Below the pieces are notes generated by a model, which was not told the origin of the DNA, ran no database searches, and saw nothing but the letters and a program-made list of their open reading frames with translations. Below, piece after piece: positions 51,690-64,000 of a stretch of 64,000 nucleotides of DNA. Location of the stretch: NCBI GenBank assembly GCA_050084985.1, contig JBITNC010000001.1, positions 177,444,001 to 177,508,000 of the forward strand, written 5' to 3'. A program made the translations under genes and the position numbers. This DNA comes from Nageia nagi (taxonomy: Eukaryota; Plantae; Pinophyta). How positions within the stretch are numbered: position 1 is the first letter of the stretch; each line of letters opens with the position of its first letter.

Positions 51690-54600
51690 TGGTTCCAATG
51701 GTAACCATGTACCCTCATATTCATCATAGACATATTTAATGTTATCATCATTTTTATTTTCTTCTTGTGTAATTATAGATTCAACAAAATCTATTATTAT
51801 AGAATCATTAACATATTTTTCCTTGTATGTTTCAATTTGTTTGATCTCTCTTGGAGGAAATAATAGAACCACATACCAATTAGTTTCAATTGAATCTTGT
51901 ATATAAAATACTTGTTTGGCTTGTGATACTAGGATAAATGGATCATCTTGTAATATGTTCATGTTCACCAGTGTGAAGCCCATTTCATTGATTTTGCATC
52001 TATTATTATTATAAAAAAATTCAACCAATCATATTTTAATATATCATATTGAAATTGATAATATTCCAACAAGATTATTTCTCTAGTAACACCATAATAT
52101 GAAAGTATTTGGAGAACTAGGTTCATGTCATTTGCACTTGCTCTATGCAAAATAGTACCATCGACATACACACCACTATTTTAAGTTATTATTTGGTGTA
52201 TTTGTATTTTGTATATATGAAATATATAATAAAACTTACCAAATAGCCCAAATATTTGGTTGTAATTCTCCTCAAACCATGTGCCAATCATGTTATGTTA
52301 TGAGATTCATTATCATTATATTGCATTCCATATTTGCTAAGATGGAAAAAATAATATATTTAAGATGATTGTAGAACATTAAATGAATATCAATATAAAT
52401 ATTGAATATTTTATTCAAGAGATCATACAAGAAGCTTATATTAAAGCCAAGTGATGAGTGTTTATCTATGTTAGTTTTATAACTAATATGTTTCATCTTT
52501 CATTGCATGATAGTTGGATTCTTTGATATTATTCCAGTGTTTCTTAATTTGGCCCAAATTTTGTTAAGCATATTTGGATCTAAATAATATTTATACATAT
52601 ATAACAATAACAATATAAACATTTACTTACTCTTCTTAAGGCTAAACTTCATCCATATTAAAGAGAACACATCTGTTGACACTTAATTTTATCCAACCCT
52701 AGGTGTACTTATTAAGTTCATCTTTATTTTGGATTGTTATGTATGGTATCTTATGTTGGACCATTATGAAAGTCTTATCATGTAATTTTCTCTTTTCTTA
52801 TGTAATGTACCCTATCATCGATGCTCATTTCTAGGCATTCATTTAAGATTTCACTTGCTTATAAATGGAGGATTGATATACATGAGGAGGCTATTAGATA
52901 TTTCTCTTGATAATTATACTCAACTACTACTTTTAGGTGTTCTTCAACATCGCATATTGATATTGAGATTTGATAATCATACAATTTTTATCATTCTATC
53001 ATTATCTATTATATTCCATATTAGGCTTATCAATTATTATACTAATATTGGTTCTTGATTATAAATACTATGTTGTAGGGACCCTAGTGTGGATGTTTCC
53101 TTGAACACAGATGCTATGCCCAACATGATCACAGATTCTAGTATGGATGTTAGTTACTTTATCTCATCTTATATAAAAGGTTCATATTATAATATTTATA
53201 TTATTGATAAGTTATGATCTACATATAAACTTGATCATCAAGGTAACATGATAGGTATTTATATTTCTAAATCTCTCTTAATTTAGTTAGTTGTTATTAG
53301 ATATGATCCAATAATATAAGTATTTCATCTACACATATATATATATTTTTAGTATTTCATATCATTGTTATTAATATTACTTCATTGTTTATTATTTTAT
53401 GGATTATGCATCATTTAATGTGAGTATTCATCTTAGTCTCCATCTCGTATCATATTAGGGGTCATTAAAAATATTCAACAATATTGATGGAATTTTTTGA
53501 AAGAAGTTTCATATAAATCAAAATATTTATCATTAAATAAAGGCTTCCCATCACTTATAGTTTGTTTATCCTCATCACTTGTACAAAATAAAGTGGCTTC
53601 TTTGATAAGATATATTTCAACAAGATAACCTTCATGCCTAGCTTGGTTCTTTACATAGCCTTCATAGATCTTCATAATTCTAAGTAAGAAAATAAACAAT
53701 TTTGATTAGATGAGATACAATACAAAAATTAGAAAAATTATGGTTTATAAAATTGATAAATGCATACAAACCTCTCAAAAGAGTACATCTATAGATATTG
53801 TGCAGGGAAACATAGACATATCCTACACCAAGTGAATACATAGGTACACCATGATATAAAAAATGGAGGGAAGTACTTTTTGAGTAAACACAACATCTCC
53901 ATGATCTCATATTCTAATTTTTTCATTTTTATAGGATCCACCACTTTAGCACATATCTCCTTGAAGAACTTGCAAAAATGAGAAATGGCTTGTCACACTA
54001 GGTTTTAAAGCATACTATGAAGTTCTATCAAAAGAAGTTTCTACATTATAACATGATAATAATGTGATTTCAATCCTTGGATTTTCAAATCTTTCATAGA
54101 GACACATTTTCTAATATTTGAACTATATCCATATGGTACTTTTATATTAGATATTGTTTGAAAAACCCTTTGTTGCTTAAGATTTGATAGATTGTAAGAT
54201 GCAATGGAAGATATTTCCTATCTCCTTTTATTTATGGTGATAATGGCTCCTTGATTTTTATATTTATCTAATACTTAAGAGAGTTTTTGTTATCCTTTGA
54301 ATTTCTATTGATACCTAGCAGTGTTTTAAATAGGCTTTCATAGATTTTTTTCTCCATATGCATCACATCCACATTGTGATGAACTATAAGATTTTATTCA
54401 TAGATAGAAACATCAAAATAAAATTACTTAACATTGAAAATCATAAAAATAAATACAAAAACATAGTTACATGTTGTACCTTCCAATATAATAATTTTAA
54501 TAATATATATTTGTTCTTCCATCCTACAATAGAACTTGACATGGTATCATCATTTGTTTTGCAAGCTTTTTTTGTATTTAGCATGCCCAAAGGTGTATTT

Positions 54601-55326
54601 ACCTAATTTAGTGGAATTCCCTCTACTTTTTCAATTATTTTTTTCCCATCTAAAGGTTTGGGTGCTTTACCAAACTCTTGTTGAACATTGAAAGAATCCT
54701 TTTGATGATGAAATGGATGATCTAGAGGAAGGAATTTATTATGGCCCATGTAAGTAGTCATGTTACTATTAATAAGTATTTATGAATAAGGTTTATCCTC
54801 ATATACAGGACATGCTATATTTCCCTTTATCACACATCCTGATAAGTTTCTATAAGTAGGAAACTCATGGATGCCCCACATCAATATTTCTTTGATATTG
54901 AAAGTAGTTTTGGAAAAGGCATCATACATTTCTACTCCTTTAGTTTATAAATAATGCAAGTCATCAACTAATGAATGTCAATAAATATCAATATCATTGT
55001 CTATTTTCTATAGGCTAGGTAATAACAAGGTGAGCATTAAATTTTTCCTCTTCATCCACATCCATGGTGGGAGGTTGTAAGTGATAATCATAATGGGACA
55101 ACAACTATAAGTAGTACTAAAGTTAACAAAAGTGTTGAACCATAAATTGATATTACAAGTCATACATTGCAAGGATCATTAGTAATATCTTTCCACTTAG
55201 TATCTATAGTTTTCCATATTAGGGAGTTGACTAGATGTCACATATTATCATTTGAAATTTTGTCTGTAAAATACCACCTCATATTCTTCATAGTCTTTGC
55301 AAAGCTATAAGAAGAAATAAATTTAA

Positions 55327-55404
<78 letters not shown>

Positions 55405-55783
55405 TTAAAAGAAACAAGCACAACAATTCTTTATTTAATAGGGAAATATCTCAACCTATACATTATCTTCAATCTTTCTTTCATAGGAAAATATCTCAAT
55501 AACTTTGTAGGAGTTCCCTTGAATATTTATCCTAAATCTAGGTTGACTTTCCATTTAGATACATCATATTTTAGGAATTTTACCTTATTTTTATTCCCTT
55601 TTCAATATAAAATACAATCATTGATACATGCAAGTATCATTACATAATATAATCCCAAGTGCTTCACCCATTTTGTTTTTTTTGTATATTCAAATTCTAG
55701 AATATTATTATTGATTGGGAGCATATGTTTTAACAACTCCAATAAGTTACTAAAGCTATTATCCAATCATTTATGTTTTTCTT
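51690..55783 (-). mobile_element. CACTA (En/Spm) TnpD/Tnp2 transposase pseudogene
   Basis: DDPFILVSQAKQVFY (DUF4216-like), KGYVKNQAR.EG-like (DUF4218-like), YNLPPW, DVMH.EK, YHACINDCILY-like motifs; truncated by the LTR at 55784. Confidence 0.88.
55331..55402. repeat. (TA)36 microsatellite
   Basis: Read directly. Confidence 0.97.
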
Positions 55784-58700
55784 TGTGATGATCCATTTCT
55801 AGGCTCAATCATCAAACATGCCCTAGGAGAGGGACATTTAGATTCTAACCTTCAAACTAACCAAGCAAGATTCAAATTATACAAATATTACAATGTCTAG
55901 CTAGGATTTATAAATTATGCAAAGATATTCTAAATTTTTTATTGCAAACCCAACATCCAAAAAGAGAGCAAAAATAGATCTTTAACTACAAAAATGCACT
56001 TCCAGATCCACTTACAAATTAGGGAGAAGTTAATGACTTCAAAAATACAAAATACCTCTCCAATTGCAATGACCTAGTTATGGAGAATGAACACTCTAAA
56101 TGAGCATAAAATTCTCCTAGTATTCTAATGTATCAATCAAGGAGCAAAAATGGAAAGTAAATAATCTAAACTTCACCTAAGAAGCAACATCCTAGTTTGA
56201 GAGCACATGTGATATTTGAATAATGAAATAACTACTCCATAATCCAATATCCAACCATAAGGAGATAAATAATAGTATTATGATAAAAAATATTATTATA
56301 TTTGAATATATCAAGAGAAGAGCAATTACAATATTTTTATCTACCAATGGAGTTTGTACTAGGACTCTCTCCTATTTGCTTATTTCATGTGGGTCCAAGG
56401 CCTCACTAATCCTAGAAATAATGAGGCAAGACTAGGTCTCCTCTTAATAACTATGATGGAACTAGCAACATTCCTCTCAATATGGTTAGAGTAAATTTGA
56501 AGGTAGCCTCCTCTCCCTCTGATACCTTAATTGCAATTCATCCCAAAAATAAAAAAGATAAAGCCTCCACTTAATCTAAAAATAAAGGATTTATAATCAA
56601 ATTCAACATATCTCTTAATGGATATGAGTTCTCCTTTTATAAGTGAGGATGATCATCTTCTAATCTTACTTTATGATGATCCAATGGTGGAGAGATGTGA
56701 TCCATGTGCTACTATATGTAGTGACCAAGACATGAAGCCTTAGGATAAGTGTAATCACATTTGAGGCCTAGAAAAGCAAGGTCTAAGAGGGGGTGATTTT
56801 GAAGTGCCTTGTGATCAACATTATCAATCAATCTACCTAGTTAGCTAACATTGGGTCTTAGGATCCTTAAAAGCCCAATGCCCATGTTCTAGGGTCATTA
56901 ACTTTCATCAAGATCACCAATGCTTAGTTTGAAGTGTTGGGTTTTTCCTTAGATCTATAAATATCCTTATAGTCAATGCAAACACCTAGGGGGAATGCTC
57001 TACCTTGAAGAGGGGAGAAATAAAGACTAGAAATATGTTTAATGTTAATAGTACAATCATCAAGGCTAGAATATGCAATGCCCTTTTCAAGGAGACTAAT
57101 ATTGCATTTACGTTTATAGTTTTCTTTGTATCACAATCCATTATTAATTGGAATTTTTGGAAAATAAATAAAAGGGACATTTATTCTATAATTAGAGCAT
57201 TATTGAGTTTCTAAGTGCAATTTATATCATTTTGGATAAATTATACAAAAATTAATAAAAATACTTCTAAATTAATATTCCCATTTATCAGAAGTGAAAC
57301 AAGGAAAAACCCTAAAATAATGGGGATATTAAAATTCCACCTCCCCAAATTGCTTGCTCTAAAGCAATTCAAAAATTCCAATGCTACATCAACATTTTCT
57401 TGGCAAATCTAAAAGTCTTCAATATTTGGTGCAATAACCAATTATTATACATGTCTCAACAAAATACCTTTGATGATGATCTCTTATCCCTTTAAGAAGA
57501 AAATCACCTCTTATTGTTGGAAATTAGTCTAAAAATATCCCATGGGATACATCCATTAAACTCCAAGGGTTATCACTTGTGTATTATCTTGAGGAAAGAC
57601 ATAAAATTCTTCCTCAAGGTTATAGTTTCCCATCCTAATATCGAGTCTCACTGAATGATCACATAAGGTATAATTCCCATTGGTATTGGAGACATATAAT
57701 ACATTTAAAATATTTATTGGAAGGATTTTTTTGACAACAAGCCCATGATCAATGAAGCTTTGTGTGGGTCAATTATCAACCAAAATATAAACTTCCTCTC
57801 CCATTGTCACTCCTTTGATCATGATAGAGCGATAGTGTGGAACCAAGTGACCTTCCATTATTTGCACATTTGAAATGATTATTTGAGAAGGGTTACCTTT
57901 ATTTAATGGGGGATAATATTATGATGCCCTATCTTCATCAAGTGTAACTACATTCTTCCAATAATAAACCTATACATTTTCCCTTTGAGTGTTATTTTGT
58001 ACTTAAATTTATGGAACTACATCTAATTCTTCTTCTCCCTTAGTCAACTGAATGAAATATTAAAAATTAAATACTTCCTTGATATCTTACAGAAGGGTTG
58101 AATAAACCTAAAATAGTTTATGTAATGAGGTGGTGAGGGTAGTAGAACTATGGGTAACCTCTTGGCTAGCCATAAACTCCTTCTTTTTATACTTGCATTC
58201 TTTTTGATGGATCCTCCCTCTTTTATCGATATTTGCTATAGAGGCTTCTCCAATATGAAACCCTTCTTTTTGGCCTTCAGTGGTGGTGTGATTACCATAA
58301 CTCCTTGAAACAACAACAAACCCTATAATATCTTGGATTTTTTTGAAGGAAAATCTATTCATTGTTCATACTTGAAGATGTCATAGTGATGCTTGGGTGC
58401 TAATGACTTGGGGAAATCTCTATATTTATAATATGGCGTTAAAATTTTCAAATTATGGCCCAAGAATGTAGATGTCTTCCCTCTAGTGGAAAAATATCAA
58501 CTTGAAACCCTCAAAATTTGAAATTGAGCCTCCAAAAAATCCAAGAAATTATACTCAAGTGAAAATATATCTTTAATATGTCCAACAAACTCTTTTGTGG
58601 TGCTTGAAAAATCCTTTGGTTACTTCAATGTCCAACTAAGAGAATTGACCTAGCACATGAACAAGTCTAAACTCCCAAGATCACATGAAAGCTCATACTA

Positions 58701-60855
58701 ACATCAAGATAACTCAAGAATACAATCTCACAAAGTGACACAAGATGTAAGTGGTTCCTCCAACTACAAGTACATCCATTAACTAGATCTCAATTCATTC
58801 ATAGACATGAATCTCTTACAATTCTTCTAACTCATCTCCTAAACACTATCCTATAGCATATATTTACTCCACAAATTGATTTGTGATAAAAAAGAGGAAG
58901 CCTTATATTTATAGTCCAAAATCCCTCTTTGGATCACCCTTTTACCCAATGTACAAAGGCATGACATGCAACTCCATTTTACCTAGGGGCATGCTCATGA
59001 CATAGAGTGTAGGATAAGTTATAGTATCATATTCACTTAAATACTTAAGGTATCTAATGATTCCCTTAAGTATTAGTGAATTTACAAAGATAATTAATAC
59101 AAACCTTTATAATAATGCATTATACATTCCAACACCAACGTCTAACCTACCTTAATAAAATTTGAATTAGGAAATAATTTGAATTTGTAATTTCATACCA
59201 TATCACACTATTCCTACAAAATTCAAAATTTCAAGTATAATAAAATATGAAATACAAAAATAACACCTTATCACTCCTACTTTATTTTTCTTGTCAAAAT
59301 AAAAATAAATATAACTTTCTAAAATAATTATTATTTTTTTAATTGACCAAAGAGAAATATTTTTTGTATTTTTCCAAATATCCTCCCTTATTACTCCTAT
59401 AAACCAAAATAAATAATTTTATCTTTTTCTTCTTATTTATCTTACTTGAAAATAAAATATGAAATACTCAAAATACCCAAACCTAGAATTTTGGTCTCAC
59501 CATGAAGGAATGAAATAGTAAATTTTGAACCTATGGGTTATGGAACCAAAGACAAAATTTGAATTTGAATATTCCTTCTTCATAGCCAACATCCACACAC
59601 ACAAGATGAGTGATACCAAGCAAGTTTCAAAATTTGAAAATTAACCAAGATACGTTAAGGGATGAGTTTTTTGCAAGCTCATAGCAGAAAGAGATTCCTA
59701 TATTACCAATGTATCACTTATATCCTCTAATTAATATCATAGTAATATAATAATATAACTTTCTCCTTATCAAGACTCAATGGTATATAAACCATTGCAA
59801 AATTTATTCAATAACAACAAATTGACTACCCTATTTTTCAATCTCCTCTTTTCAATTATGCGTAGCTTTGAATTCAAGAAAAAATAGTGGCCAATATGGC
59901 CATAAAACCCTATAGTTTATCAATACTTATATTCCATGATGAAAATATATTGATAATTATAAGTAATTATACTTAAAATGTAGCAAAAATATACAATTAG
60001 CCTCAATAAGCCAATGTACTACTTTAGGTACTTCCAAAATGCATCAATAATCTAGAAAATCCTCCCTTGATCTCAAAATTAAATTGAGAATGAACTTCAA
60101 ATTGAAATGAAATATGTAATTAGTTTTTGAAAATGTACCTTTTTCAAGATATATGTACCTCCTTGAAGCTTCAAAATTTGTAACTAGATCCAAAATATAC
60201 CCAACGACTTGCCAATAGGATGAGATAGGGCTCCATGATCTTTTGAAACTCCTTTAGAATGTCCACTATAATTCTAGGTCAACTTCACTCTTTAGCAAGA
60301 CAAAAATAAATTTTAATAAATAGTAATGTGATATAGTAGAATACCATAATAAGGCCTCTATAGCCCCTCCAAATACTCCAACAATCTTCTTCACTAGCAA
60401 TTCCTCAATTCTTACCCAACAACAAGGGTAAGATCTCCAACTTCTCTTTAATAATCCTCCATATGTGATACCATTGTGATGTAGGTATCTAATCTTTAGT
60501 CACTATTTTAGTTTATCTCAAAATACTTCATGAATGATTCCCTTGATTCTTAATATAATGGTAGAATCAAGGCTTTGATACCACTATGATGAGCCATTTT
60601 TGGGCTCAATCCTCAAACGTGCCCTAGGAGATGGATGTTTAGATTTCAACCTTAAAACTAGCCAAGGAAGTTTAAAATTGCACAAATATTCTAATGTCTA
60701 GCTAATATTGATAAACTATACAAATATATTCTAAAATTTAACTTAAAAACCCAACATCCAAGTAAAGAGAAAAACATGTCTTTAACTATGAAAATGAACT
60801 TCCAAATCCATGCCCAAATTAGGGAGTAATTAATGACTTCAGAAATGCAAAATGA
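55784..60855 (-). mobile_element. Rearranged Gypsy remnant (LTR pair, PBS, protease fragment, further nested pieces)
   Basis: 55784-56053 aligns with 60585-60853; PBS rc TGGTATCAAAGC at 60572-60583; protease-like EFYV...LGV*W at ~57550-57800. Confidence 0.65.
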
Positions 60856-61892
60856 AAAATTTGAATCAATAAGACTCAATATAAGATCTCTAATACCAAT
60901 TGAATAATTTGAATCAAATAGGCTCAATAAAAGAGATCTAACATCAATTAAGGATTTTAGGGGCTCAAGGCTCCAAGATTTGATACCATAAAAGTGGTCG
61001 AAGTTCTAGGAGTTTTCATAGGACAAGATTGAATAGAACTATGGGAAAATCAAACACTAAAGAGTTCATATAGAAGATAGATTTACCAAATAGTGAAAAT
61101 TGAAATATATAGGGCCTTGATAGTTTTTGATCAACTATATAGTGCCGAGACTTTGACAAAATCAAATACTAAAGAAAAATAAAAGTGACAGAGATAGATT
61201 TATGGGGATGTTAGAAAATCAATGTTATTTGGAAATGCTAGGGATTCGATGATTTTTGGAGTGCTAAGATTTTTTGTATATATAAGAAAATAAATAGAAT
61301 AAAATCAATAGTCTAGAGAGTGATGATATTAGCAAGCATATTTGGAGTGCAAACAAGAAGCCAAAACATAAAATTTGTAGTCTAAAATGCAATGATGTTA
61401 GTAAGGATAGGAAATAATTTGGAGCCTATAACTTATGCAATTCTTAAAGAAACCTAGCACTATGATCCATAAAATTGATTAACATGAAATTCTCTATCTA
61501 ATGGTGAAGTTACAAAGTAATTTAGAGAAATCCAATGGGGTAAAAATGAGCTTAAAGTAAAAGATTTAAAGAGTTCACTAAGAAAGACTGTAGAAAAATA
61601 AGTTTTGTATTTTGGGATTTTTAAGTGTGTTCCACCAATAATGATGGCATTATATATATTATTGGAAAGGTATTGAAACCAAATATCCGACCAAGATGGA
61701 ATCATTTGAAATGGATATCTAAACAAAAAAAACTAGTTGTCAAAAGCAAATTGATCTAGAATAAGGCAATTTGATATAATCACAAAATATCAAAACTATT
61801 TACTTAAATATGGGAATAAAAATAGGTAACCATGAAGTAAAATGATCCCAAATAGTAAAATATTACCTTAAATTAGATATAAAATAATGCTA

Positions 61893-64000
61893 TGAATATT
61901 TTTAAGTGTTTCTCATACATACAGCTTTGCAAAGAGATAACATACCACACATCCATAAGGTATTATAGAGAAAATATGAATACTTTATATTCTATCAAGA
62001 ATGAATGGAAACATAACATTACATCAATAAGCATTATTACTAGAATGGGAAATAAAGTACCTATTTATACAAGAAAAAAAATGGAGTGTAGAAGACTCCA
62101 TAAGAATTGATAGATTACAGATCCACTTAGAGAAGTGAACAAAACATAAATGAAATGCCTACAAATTTAGAGAGAGATATGGGCATCAATAAATAAGTCC
62201 AAAATCATATTTTATATATTCTAAGGACCAAATCTTAGAGTATTTAGTACTTATCCATATTCTTGCAACATAATAAATTTGGTAGGTGCAATAGTAGGTG
62301 AATGGTGAGTAGCTGTTGTGCTGTAAGACTTGGCCTTTTATGGTAAAAAATATTGTTATGCAAAAAATAAGTATTATATGGACAATAGCCATTGGAGATT
62401 ATAATTTTGCAAAAATTCAAACTATGAAGCATTAAAATCCTTCATTATTCCCCTTAAGGTGAATGGGTTAAATTCCAAACTAATTTTGGAGACTAAGGAA
62501 TCAATCCTTAGGTAGAGCCTTGGTGAAAATGTCTACAAGTTGATCTTCATACTTACAAAATATGAATTCAACAAATCCATCAATCACCACATCTTGTATA
62601 AAATGATGTTATATATTTATATGCTTTATTTGTTTGTAAAACATTAGGTTCTTAGTCATATCAATGGTGTTGGGGTTATCACAATGAATGGGAAATGGTA
62701 GGGGAGGGACCAATCCCAAGTCTTCAAACAACTAAGCCATCCAAATGGATTGAGTGCAAGCAAAGGATACAACCATGCATTTTGATTTAGTAAGGGAAAG
62801 AGTAACTATATGTTGCTTCTTGCTACTCCATGAGATAAGTGAGATGGAAAATAAGAAAGCATAACTAGAGGTGTTTTTCCTATCATCAAGGTTTTTAGCC
62901 CAATAAGCATTTGTGTAGGCCTCAAGGATGTCAACATAAGAGGATTTATACCATAGAACAAAGAATTTGGTACCATAGATCGAAGAATTTGGTACCATTG
63001 ACATTTCAAAGGATCCCCTTAGCTACTTTCCAATGAGATTCATGTGGAGAGTGCATGAATCAAGCTATAAGACTAATTACACATATGATATTTGATTGGG
63101 TAGCTATAAGATACATCATACTAAAAACAAGTGATTGGTAGAGGATGGAATCTACAAGGGGAGTAGAATCATACTTCATGAGTTTGGTTACAAGCACTAT
63201 TGGACTGTCAATAGGTCTGTAATCCTTCATGGAAAACCTAGAAAACATATCATCAACATAGTTGGATTGAAGGATGAAGATGTTGGAGGATGATTATTGA
63301 ACTTGCATACCAAGAAAGTATTGCATGTCACCCAAATCACTCATCTCAAACTCCTTAATCATTATAGATTTGAATGTATACAACATGGAAGAGGAAGTGC
63401 TCATGAAGATAATATCATCAACATACAAATAGATGATGATAAAATCATGGCTAGATACTTTAGTGTATAAGGTAGCTTTTGTGAAGCACCTCTAATAAAA
63501 ATTATAATAGAAGTAGGTGTTAATATAGGAGTACCAGGCTCTTGGATCCTACTTGAGACTATATAGATATTTCTTTAGGTAGTACACTTTATCTTCTTGG
63601 ACAACAACTATGAACCCTTGGGGTTGATTCACATGCACTTCTTCCTTAAAATCTCCATTATGAAAGGTAGAATTAATAGCCATTTGGTATAAACTAATAC
63701 CAAGATGTGATGCGAGATCAAGAAGAGAGTGGACTATCTCAAGTATGGAAATTGGTGTAAATATTTCTTTATAATCAAGCCCTTCCTTTTGAACGTATCC
63801 CTTAGCCACAAACTAGGCCTTATGTTTAGCAATGCTACCATAAACATTATTCTTGAGCTTATAGATCCACTTGAATCTAATAGAATTTTGGTTCTTTAGA
63901 GGAGGGATAAGCTCCCAAGAGTCATTCTTATAGATCTACTCAATTTCATCCTCCATGCCCTTCTAATCTTCATTTGCAGCAACTTCTTTGAAGTTGGAAG
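61893..64000 (-). mobile_element. Ty1/copia 3' end (RT, RNase H, PPT, LTR 61893-62444); continues beyond the window
   Basis: AKGYVQKEGLDY, LYVDDI, DDRKNTS, ISWSSKKQ, CDN, DIFTKAL motifs; PPT (TCCCCTT) at 62449; TGAA...TTCA LTR ends. Confidence 0.9.

Overview
AT-rich plant nuclear DNA; the TE families and PPR style suggest a gymnosperm/conifer (inference). The left ~14 kb holds the last six coding exons of a + strand gene that the ORF track misses. Spliced by hand, it encodes the C-terminal end of a VPS9 (Rab5-family GEF) domain that looks more VARP/ANKRD27-like than plant VPS9a-like. Its final intron was expanded from ~80 nt to 7.3 kb by a nested stack: a Ty1/copia element, a LINE fragment in one of its LTRs, and a Gypsy solo LTR in its RT. 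The remaining 50 kb is heavily C>T/G>A-decayed TE debris: hAT, three copia remnants, an RTE-like LINE, an RNase H accessory block, a Tat/Ogre-type Gypsy, a second full-length Gypsy, a CACTA and a further Gypsy remnant. Interleaved with it is a mosaic, internally duplicated PLS-class PPR pseudogene, split by three LTR insertions whose target-site duplications (TSDs) can still be read. I found no clearly novel intact multi-gene system. The best leads are the atypical VPS9 gene, the PPR pseudogene array, a hairpin/pseudoknot-rich 191-bp array in the Tat 3' region, a foldback element, a candidate central PPT and a strong minus-strand bias of the TEs.
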